NCBI GenBank assembly: GCA_020891255.1
Contig: BQFW01000009.1
Span: 682,001-746,000 of the forward strand
Origin: Entomortierella parvispora E1425
Taxonomy: Eukaryota; Fungi; Mortierellomycota
DNA: 64,000 bases
Direction of reading: 5' to 3'
Within the stretch, counting starts at the first letter, position 1; the number at the start of each line of letters is the position of its first letter. The translations under genes and the position numbers were made by a program. Below are positions 48,332-58,473 of the stretch, piece by piece. The notes under the pieces are model-generated. The model was not told the origin of the DNA. It made no database searches and worked only from the letters and a program-made list of their open reading frames with translations.

Positions 48332-48740
48332 CTTTCTCCTTTCTCCTTCTCTTTCTCTCCCCGACCCTTCACCTACCTCTCCCTCTCCATCTGGCACCAC
48401 CACAAGCAACAGGACCACCATCACCAACACCTTTCACCTTCACCGTCACCTTCACCTTAACATTTTCATCCTCACAATGTTGCTTCACGATAAGTTTGTT
48501 CTGTTTGATGATGTTGAAGCCATCTGTTCTTACTAATCTCGACTTCTCGTTTTTTTTTCCTTCTCCTTCTATCACTTACTCGCACTCTGGCTTTTTCCTC
48601 TTTACTCTCATTCTTTCCTCTCATTCTTTCCGGCCCTCGCTCTCTGTCTCTATGATTAAGATCACCAAGTCGGCTCGTACTGACCTTCACTTATGTCCTC
48701 TGCTTAGCCTTTTGCTCCTTTTTTGATAGGTTTTAGGTGA

Positions 48741-49547
48741 GGACATGGAAGACCTGGACATGGACAGGGAGTTGGAGGACATGGAAGAGTTGGACATGGA
48801 CAGGGAGTCGGAGGACAAGGAAGAGTTGGACATGGACAGGGAGTTGGGGGACATGGAAGAGTTGGACATGGACAGGGAGCTGGGGGACAAGGAAGAGTTG
48901 GACATGGACAGGGAGTTGGTGGACAAGGAAGAGCGGGACATGGACAGGGAGCTGGGGGACAAGGAAGAGTTGGACATGGACAGGGAGTCGGAGGACAAGG
49001 AAGAGTTGGACATGGACAGGGAGCTGGAGGACATGGAAGAGTTGGACATGGACAGGGAGTTGGGGGACATGGACAGGGAGTTGGGGGACATGGACGAGTT
49101 GGACATGGACAGGGAGCTGGAGGACATGGAAGAGTTGGACATGGACAGGGAGTCGGAGGACAAGGAAGAGTTGGACATGGACAGGGAGCTGGTGGACAAG
49201 GAAGAGCGGGACATGGACAGGGAGTTGGAGGACATGGACAGGGAGTTGGAGGACATGGAAGAGTTGGGCATGGACAGGGAGTTGGAGGACATGGAAGAGT
49301 TGGACATGGACAGGGAGTTGGGGGACATGGACGAGTTGGACATGGACAGGGAGCTGGGGGACAAGGAAGAGTTGGACATGGACAGGGAGTCGGAGGACAT
49401 GGAAGAGTTGGACATGGACAGGGAGCTGGAGGACATGGAAGAGTTGGACATGGACAGGGAGCTGAAGGACATGGAAGAGTTGGACATGGACAGGGAGTTG
49501 GGGGACATGGAAGAGCGGGACATGGACGGGGACATGGACAAGTTGGA
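48741..49547. repeat. Minisatellite: 36-bp unit GGACA(T/A)GGAAGAGTTGGACATGGACAGGGAG(T/C)(T/C)GG(A/G/T) with 21-bp truncated variants, more than 20 units
   Basis: Read directly from the sequence. Translations are DMEELDMDRELE (+), SMSNSSMSSNSL (-) and PCPCPTLPCPPT (-). Confidence 0.97.
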
Positions 49548-50313
49548 CGACTTGGGACGACTTGGGACGTACTGATCATGGTGAGTTGCATTTCCTCTCT
49601 CTTCATCCTTCTCTTCTCCCTCCTTAGCAAGAGTGCAAGTAGAAATAGGTTCCAAGAACAGTATCCAATCGACGAGCCGACAAGACATCGCAGCCATAGT
49701 CCGATATCCCTCCAATTAAATGAATGATCAAACAAAGAATACTCTTTATGATGGTTCAGTTGACTTAATAATTTTTAAAAAAACAAGAAACAAAAAAAGA
49801 AAAGGAGGAAGAGGCACGTATTGCTACACAACGTACCCATGCCCTTGACTGGCAGTAGCAGTCCACTCAAGCATATACATAACTTGCATTGTACTCTCGC
49901 CCCAATGTGGTGGACTATCCATTCATAATAACTCCTGCACAACGAAGAACTGGCCTTCGAACGAAACGTATAGATTTGGTTGTTCGTAAACGTCTAAGTG
50001 GCGCATGCCGGGAATTATGGAACCTTACAATAAATTGGTTCAACACATTGGCTGATATCCCCATTGTGAACTTGGAAACTTGTTTCTCCTCCCTCTACTC
50101 TATGCCGGTCACTTTCATGTTGTTCCCACCATGTCAAAGATAGAATTCATCCATCCAAAAAAGCAAGCGCAAATAAATTTAGTGGCGCACAATGCCAAGG
50201 GGCAAAGAGACGTGGTTGCCACCATCAAAATAAAGGCAGAGGGATGGGGAGGAGAGGTGGACACAAGGTTGATTTTCTTTTTTCCTTCCACCAAACTCCT
50301 TGACTCAACTTCC

Positions 50314-51721
50314 ATGTCCAACCCATCGCCCTCCACACTCGTTCTCGAAACTCCCGAACTTGTCGCCCTCATTGGCGAGTTCCTTCCTCTCTGGTCTGCT
50401 AACCAGTACGGGGGGTTCAACATTTCGCCGACATCCCCCCTCTTGAGGCTCAGCATCGTGTCTAAAACATGGCACCGTGCATTCGTCCCAATCGTTTGGC
50501 GCGACTACTCTTTGGACAACATGAGATGCGTACCCAGCCACATTCTCCAGAGAAATACTGTTTACGCTCGGTCTATATGTTCCTACAATTGCATTCCAAA
50601 GTTCTCGCTAACAGATGCATCATTCCCTCGACTCAACCCATGTCACCATGGGGGACAATCGTTGTCCATTGGATCAGTTACTCTTGAAGGCGACCTCTGT
50701 TATCAAACTGGATGTGGCCTTTACTAGCTTCAACAACATCAGACCACTTGAGAGGGCAATGGAAATTGTAAGCTCGTTCAGGTCCGTCTCACGTCTTTCA
50801 CTCCAATATTTGGACTTGGAAACCTTTCAGCAACTACACATGATCCTGTCCTGTGTCCCTCACCTGCATTCCTTGAGGCTGAAGTTAATGAGGGACAAAG
50901 TCATCTCTCAACCACTTGATACTCATTTGCCACTTCCTATCAAGAATCTGGAGATCGAACTAGGAAATTACAATACACCTCTTGCAGGAGATTTATTCTA
51001 TCACTTCATGCAATGCTGTCCTGAACTGGAAACAATGGTGATCGTTTCTAGTTCGTCACTCTTCGACAACATCCCTAAATTGATACGCCATTCTTGTAGA
51101 AAGGAGCTTCTTCCATGGGCCCGGCAATTTTGTCCAGGATTCAAGGCACTTTCAATGCAAGGAGAAGGCAGCCTGGACAGCTGTACCAAATATGTCGCCC
51201 AAAACGCCTCCGTTGCTGTGTCTGGCCCAGATCGAGGTGAGATCGTGCACTTGAAGATTTCGTGGATCTGTTATCCGTTCATGTCATGGTTAGCACTTGA
51301 CGGAAAATCGATCCAGGTTCTTGATATACAATACCGCTTTGCTGATTACCAAGACGGCGAGTGCTCTCGATACCTGTACCAGCTATTATCTTCTCAACAT
51401 CTCGTATCGTTGAAGGAACTGCGATTCAAGTGGCTTCTTTGCTTCGATGCTGAAAGATGCAGGATCGTCTTTGGGTCCCAGTGGGGCTGTGTCCACCTTG
51501 AAAAGCTTTCACTGGGTGATTTTTGGTGGGGCTGGAAATTAGAAGAAGAGTCGACGATTATCCCCGAAGGTCGCCCTAGGACAACCCAGTGGAAGCCCAA
51601 GAATGAAAGACCTATTATTGAGGAGAACTTGCATGAGTTGATTCAGCAGCGTCTTCAAGAGTTACCGAAGTTGAAGAATCTTACGTTGAATGGCATTCCT
51701 TTCTTAAAATATCATGTTTGA
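50314..51721 (+). pseudogene. F-box-like/LRR paralog with a single frameshift (pseudogene or sequence error)
   Basis: LVLETPELVALIGEFLPLW...LLRLSIVSKTWHRAFVPIVW...ASFPRL, then a +1 shift near 50635 into HVTMGD...IQQRLQELPKLKNLTLNGIPF. Confidence 0.75.
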
Positions 51722-51762
51722 GCCTTCCCCGCAAGCCCCTCTGTACTTCCCAAGCGGACAGG

Positions 51763-51824
51763 ACACACAGACAGACAGACACACACACAGACACGCACAC
51801 AGACACACAGACACACACACACAC
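51763..51824. repeat. Compound (CA)n/(CAGA)n microsatellite
   Basis: ACACACAGACAGACAGACACACACACAG... read directly. Confidence 0.9.
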
Positions 51825-52113
51825 AAAAAAAAAGGTCGTTTGTCTGTCGCTTGGCTTGATCTGAGCAACCATGAATAAATGAACTTGCTCCAGTTGCTCG
51901 TCTACATGCTGTTCAAGTGGAATATGCCTAACCTAGACGATAAAGACAGAATGCATCAGCTGGATCATGAGATAGATCTCTTTTTGCTTCTTTTTTTTTC
52001 TGAGATTCTGACCCATCACGGTGCTGCGACCTCAGACAGGGCAGAGCAAACTTTTTTCCTTGCCCCTTCTTCCCTTTACCTCTTTGCTCAGCTCAATTTC
52101 TCATCTCAGCACT

Positions 52114-53474
52114 ATGTCTGCCACATCCTCGTCCACACTTGCCCTTGAAATTCCTGAGATTATCGCACTCATCGACACATGCCTGCCCATCTGGGACAAC
52201 AAGAATAGTTTTCTCCAGGAGCGATTTTGCGACTCTGTCAAGTGTCCACTACTTGGTCTATTCTTTGGACAAAGTGAGAAACATTCCTGGCTATATCCCT
52301 CAAAAGAATATGGTTTACACTCGGTATCTCCAGTTATAAACTGCCAACCCGCCGTTCTCCATTGAGGAAGCTTCATTTCATCGACATGTCATCACATATG
52401 GCTAGCATCCCACACAGGAGCTGTTTCTTCGAAAGCTGACGACCGCGACGATCGTGAAGAGCCTGGAACTGGTTTTCTCCTATGGAAGACACGAAGAGCA
52501 CATCAATTGGGCGACGGATATGGCAACTTCACTTAGCGCAAACCTCGCCCGCCCTTCAATCCGTGGGTTTTATGGCAAGGCCTCATAGAGTTTATACAGA
52601 TTTTATCTTGTCTACCTCGCTTGTCTCTTTTGCGCTTGGACATATCACGGACCGATTTCCAAAACTTGCAGTCAGGCACCAGTTGCAAAGGTGCGCCTTC
52701 CCATCAAAGATCTGCAGATTGTTTACAATAATTATTGGAAGTATTGGAAGTTCACCCACAGCAATGCCTTTCTAGAGCACCTTATCCAGTGCTGACCTCA
52801 TCTGGAAAGAATCCTCTTGATCACCGAGGGGTTATCCGGAGACGATATTGTCAAGAGGATGAATGAGTCTCTAATGCAAACGAGAGTAGCCTGGGTTCGA
52901 AAGTACTGCCCCTGGATCAATACTCTCTCACTGCAAGGATCGAACTATGATACCTTAATTGCCGTATCTGGTCCGTACCAAGGAAAAGTGATTGATTTTG
53001 GAACCTTCATGACCTCTTTGTCCAACGAGTTCATGCCATGGCTAAAGCAGGATGGAGTGGCCATTCAGGCACTCGATCTGGTGTTTTATCACAACAGCGA
53101 TTATCCCTATCAGACCCAAAATGGCGCGACTTGCTGTCGACTCCGGATCTTGCGTCACTGAGGGACTTACGAATTGCTAGGCGAGGTATGCTCCAATCTG
53201 AACGCTTAAAACGCATCTTTGAATCGAAGTGGAGCTATCTTCAGCCGGAAGGACTTTCGATCAACGGCCTGTCAAGGATACTTCGAGAGTACAAGAGAAA
53301 CAGAAAACCAGCGGCTGCTCTTGCTGGCAGTCAAGGGGCCGCATACTAGAGACCCAGTGAGACAGCGCTTTCGAGAATCGTTTGAACAAGCTGGTTCAAC
53401 AGCGGCTCCAAGAGCTGAGGAGGTCGAGGGCCGTTACCTTGAATACTATTCCTTTCGAAAAAGTGGACACTTGA
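52114..53474 (+). pseudogene. Disrupted paralog of the same F-box-like family
   Basis: LALEIPEIIALIDTCLPIW, then multiple frameshifts. Fragments RVAWVRKYCP, VSGPYQGKV, LLSTPDLASLRDLRI, and terminal VQQRLQELRRSRAVTLNTIPF. Confidence 0.8.
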
Positions 53475-53857
53475 CTCTCCTCCCTCTCCCCTCTTTGTTT
53501 TGCAAATTAAACGCTCAAGGGCACATTTGCCCAAAGCAATTCTCGACCACAGGCTATAGGAATAAATGTGGGTGTTTACAGCGCGCAGTACCCAGTTGCG
53601 GATTGTCAAGCATTCCCTTCAACCTTTTCTTGCGCTAAAATCTTTGGAAAGGCGGTGTTTTTTTTATGTATTTTACAAGAATGCCAAGGATTAAAAAGAG
53701 ATATTAGAAGAAACAAGGGATCTAAAACGTGAGGTGTGGGGTGAAGAAGGGAGAGTGTGCATGTGCAAAGGGAGAATTTCAAAGAAAATGCGAAATGGTT
53801 GTTTTGTTTCTGTGGTGATGACAAGGTATTTGAGGGTTTCCGGGTCCAAAAAGAGGT

Positions 53858-56661
53858 TTAAGAGTTTCGGTTCTTGAGAGGGACCATCCTGTTCCGAGGC
53901 CCATCTGTCTTCTCACGCCTTCCAGTTCCAGTTGAAGCCACAACTCGGCGGCGCGTCCGATCATTGGGGTTGACAAGTCCATTGTCGGGTGTCTGAAGAG
54001 TGCTAGAGGCCGTGCCCGAGCCTTGATCTTGACCGCCAAGTCTGGACTTTGAAGAGAACGAGGAGGATGAACCATTCTGGCTATGAACTTCGACATCCTT
54101 CAGACTCGCTCGAAGAGCTGCCTCCAAATCTTCATCGTCAAACTCGGATACAGTTTCATGACTCTGGCCCCAGCTGGAACCCGCAAAAGTGCGCTGAGAC
54201 GAGGAACTACTAGGACCTTGTCCGCCATTGGAGTGCTGACTGTTGTTGTTACTGCTGCTCGAACCGTTTAGTGTCAAGCTAGTTGGGTTTCCAAGCCCAG
54301 TGTTGAACGCGTTGACAGACGCCGACATGACTGTAGGGGACGAAAACAGCGATCCTGAGGCAGAGGAATGTTGACTCGAGTGTTTGTGATGTGTCTTGAT
54401 GTACAGACCCGATCCATTCGACTGTCCGAATGCAAAAGACCCTCCACTACCGCCACCGTTCTGACCGCCAGCAGCCGGAGAGGATGGTCCGGGATGAATA
54501 AACTGAGACAGTGCACCGGGGGACGAGAAGCCATTCATAGAGTTGTGTTTGTTGAGAGATGTCTTGATATGACTAATCGATCCAGAATTCGCCAGCCACG
54601 AGGCTCTCTGAGAAGATTCGGTCGTTGGTGTGGAAGGCACTGACGCCGACTGCCCTGGAAATCCTGTCCTAACTGTTGGTGGAGGCATCGGTGGCGTATG
54701 GTGGCTAGGAGATTGGGCATCCATCTTTCGTTGGTACTCTACCAAGGTTTGAAATAGTGCGGCCACTTCCTTGACTCGCGAAAACTGGATACAAAAGTTC
54801 TGGAGAGCGTGAAAGTATCCTGGGATGGTGATGACATTGTTCCGCAGGAGCGATTGCAAAAATACACAGAGCTACCAAAAGAAAAAAAGGCGAAAAAGTT
54901 AATGCGATGTCCAACATTGATTCAAACACACTGATTGTCCTTTGGTTACATACCATACGCACAACGCGTGCCTGACCGACTTTGTCCTCCACTAATTCGC
55001 AGCACCTCACAGCGTTCTCAATGTACCCATGCAAAAATCGTGGGGATACGGTTGTCGCCGTTGTCAACCGATTCACGACCTCCAGAGAATGAAGAGTGAG
55101 ACGCTTGGTATGGATCATTGTGTCCAAGTACACATCCACCATAGATGGTTCTGGATAGCTTGTAGCGCCTTTACTTCCTGCTTTTCCTGCGCCACCATTG
55201 GCGGGCACGTCAGCGAGTCCCATTTCCTTTGATAGTTGAATGAGGTACAAAAGTAGGTTGAAAGCGATTGTCGGATTGTTATCTACGATTCCAGAGATGG
55301 CATCCGTTGGGGGGAGTGGGATGTGCACCTTGTCGGCATCCACTGCGAACTGAGACAGCATGAACTACGATGGAAAGGAGAGCTACGGGTTAGATGCTAT
55401 AAGTATACGATAGTATCGTCGAATAGTAGTCTACCAGTAACTGTACCTGCTCCTCTTCGAAGGAGAGTGGTTGAATAACGGCCTGCTCCATGATCAAATT
55501 AATATTGTGTCGACTCATGACAGGTTCGATCGTGTTCTTGGGCTTTGATGCTGGTTTTGGTGGCGCAGGGATAGCATCCTCTGACTCTTGAAAGTGTTTC
55601 TCCGCTTCGATTTCCCATTCCTCCAATTCTCCTTCTTCTGAATCCTCGGGTTTATCATCGGAAATCAACTCTTGCTCATTTAAAGTCTGTTCGCCATTGG
55701 TTCCGTCTTCTCCAGCTCCAGAATGTGCCAGCCAATCTGATAAATCCAGAGATTTCCACCTAGGGCACTGAGCGTCCCGGCTATCGAGTTTGTAATCGCT
55801 CCAGCTCATCCCAAGAAGTACTTGCTCCCCTGCCGGCACTTTGGGCAAAATATCATGCAGCAGCGTCAAATCCACATGTCTGGGATCAACCTCTTGGGCG
55901 ATTGCCATCAACTCTGAAGGTGAACTGGGAGCCAGCTAGGAAGGAGGGAGACGACAACAGGTAAGCAACTTAGATCATGGCGTCGATATTAACCTGGTCC
56001 TGTTCTGAGTAACGGTTTTCTTCAATACTAACCTCCTCGCCATCGCCAGTCAGGATCACACTGACTACAAACCGCTCCGATGGCTGCAAATTGTCCTGGA
56101 GGGCAGACGTATAGATATCGACAAAAAAGCACAAAAATGGATTCTGGTGTATTGGCAAATGGCTGTAGAGACTGTACAGCAGGTATAATGAAACCACTCG
56201 GACTTTGACAACCTACAAGGCAAAGGAAACCCGTTAAAGGTGTGTATGGTCAGTGGATTGATCTCATGTGAAACCAGGCTAAATCGAGGTAGTTCTGCAG
56301 TGCGTCATCTCCTCACTGCCGGTAATTCTCAAGCTAAAACTAGACTCTGCACCGTCGAAACTTGTGCCTTCTGGAAAGGACGTGGTGGTTGCTTTTCAAT
56401 GCAAAGTGGGAAAACAGAGCATGCTTTTACCTCAGTTCCGATATCATTCTTGTTTTGAGTCTTTCTATTCTTCTCCTCAAGTTGCGTTCGTATCCGGTCC
56501 TGAGCCAACTCGACTCTATTCAAAACATCCATCAGGGCACACCCTGCCCCGAAGGGTTGGACAGCTGCCACTGTTTTTAGAAACACCTGGCTCGATTGTT
56601 GGAGGACCTGATCGAGATGATTCCCGAGGAAGGTGGCCATCTCTTGCGAAGGCACCATCAT
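53858..56661 (-). CDS. CNOT11: CCR4-NOT complex subunit 11, multi-exon, with a long low-complexity C-terminal tail
   Basis: N-terminal RLVSLYLLYSLY...NPFLCFF. C-terminal domain GIVDNNPTIAFNLL...LTLHSLEVVNRLT...FLHGYIENAVRCCE..EDK..QARVVRMLCVFLQSLLRN...FCIQFSRVKEVAALF. Confidence 0.88.
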
Positions 56662-58473
56662 GATGGCGAGGGGAGGCGATCACGAATTAATGTATTTTCC
56701 GAGATATAGAAGCACCGTTTTTAGGGATGTGGTGATGAGGTGTTGTTTTAGTGATTGGTTGTGATGTGCCTGGTGTGATGGCAGGCAGGGGACTCGAGGG
56801 AAGGATTGAATGTCCAAAAGAGCAGAGTCGAGATCTCAATCGGATAAATACACTTGTAGGAGATAGAGGAAGAGGAAAGCCAGTGGCTAAAAATGACACG
56901 GGCTGATTGGATTGGAACAGGAACTCGAGGTAAATTCGGTTGGGATGTGAAGACAATGGAGCAGTTCGAGATGATGATTGAGAGCGCGTGGCCAAAGTCA
57001 AGGGATGGGGGGTACAATCGTGCGCGTGGCAGAACGTGCGAATAGGGAGAAGAGAATGATTGACAAAAACAGCAGGGAACGAAGAAGAAACAGAGATGAA
57101 TAAGAGTAAAAGAAGAAAGCAAAGTGGATGAAGGAAAGTTGTTGAATGGAGTTGGATTAGAGATGGACGGATTGAATGATGGAGGGATGTTGGCATAGGG
57201 AAAAAAAAAGATTGTGACTGCTGGGCAGGATCCCGTTCTTTCTTCTTTTTTTTTGTCCGAACGCGTTCGGAGGACGTGGAGCTGCGCAGTTGTGCCTAGC
57301 GACGAGGCCCCAGTGATCACTGCAGGGGACTTCAAGTTCAAAGAACCCAACCTTTTTGGACTGTTGCACGAAGCCCTGCCGATCATAGCTCTCTGCGCAA
57401 CAAAGATCCTACAATGAGGCATTTGCAAGGCATCCATGTTCCTGTGATCTATCCTGTTTTCTCACAGAAAGGCAGAGGGAGCAGCGGCAATGAATTGCCA
57501 ACATCCAGCCCTGGATGATCCAGGTATGTCGTGCGTAATGATGTTTGATTGTGCACTGTCCACATCCTGATGCTCATTCAAGCTCTGTCGCAATAAATTG
57601 GTCCATGATCCGACGACGGGCAATAAGATGGCGCACTCCTTCCTATCTTTCTTCCTTGAGAATGAGAATACGATATGACAGAGACAATCGAGCTCACGGT
57701 TCAGGACATAGCGACTCTTTATTCTTTGTGAAACGCCAGTTGAGAAAACTTGGGCAAAAGAGATCATACATCCGTGCTGTAACGAAACGTAACACAGCAC
57801 CAGGAGCGTTGCAGGGTTGGGGCCAACGATGAACCATCCCCTTGAGCAACCAACCACTGAAAAGGTCGCCAGGTGGTCCTCCTAACAGAGAGAGCATCGG
57901 TGAATGAGAATGGCGGACCATTGACATTACATGAGCTTGACGGTTGCGCTGAGCCATTCACCTCTGCCGGGGTTCTTTTGCGCAGGCAGGCGCCACGCAG
58001 AGTTCCCCAACAGGCAGGCCAAGAAGAAAGAAGAAAAAAAGAAAAAGACCCGCGAGAAACAAGAGAGGCAAGGCAGTGAAGCCCCTGAGAGCATTGCGAG
58101 TATTGTGAGTGTTGCAAGTGTGTCGTCGCACAGTGCCTGTGTGTCTGTGCATGTAACTCTGGCCGACCAGAATCAATCGCCAGAACGACAACGCACCCGT
58201 CTCTGCCTCTCAGCCTGACTGACTGACTGACCCACCGTCCGAGACCGACCGGACACGACAGACAGAAAGGAGAAGGTCAGAGCCGAGCGGACCTTCAATT
58301 CAGTTCAGTCGGCCACTCACCAGCCTCATTCGCACTTCGCTCGGCCATCTCGGTCTCCATTGCGCGGTCCTCATCTCGGTCTTTTTCTTTTTCTTCTTCT
58401 TTTCTTTTTCTTTTCTCTTCTCTTCTTTTCTCTTCTTCTTTATCCTTTTCCTCTCCACTCAATTTTATCCATC

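Larger units (their letters stand above)
46452..49766. repeat. Large imperfect inverted duplication (palindrome), ~3.3 kb
   Basis: Collinear reverse-complement anchors: 46651-46665 with 49573-49587 (15/15), 47034-47050 with 48572-48588 (17/17), 46600-46610 with 49627-49637 (11/11), plus weaker blocks out to 46452 and 49766. Confidence 0.85.

Noticed and set aside
47084-48726. Long ORFs of 150-315 aa across the inverted repeat
   Set aside because: They are mirror images created by the repeat and consist of Phe/Ser/Leu/Pro-rich translations of CT-rich DNA, with no protein-like motifs.
48741-49547. CRISPR-like array
   Set aside because: Head-to-tail units with no unique spacers, eukaryotic context, and no cas genes.
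48687-49735. 342/343-aa Ser-Met and Pro-Cys ORFs as real genes (metallothionein- or mucin-like)
   Set aside because: They are fully explained by a stop-free 36-bp repeat. The homologous left arm has stops in the equivalent frame. Kept only as a repeat finding.
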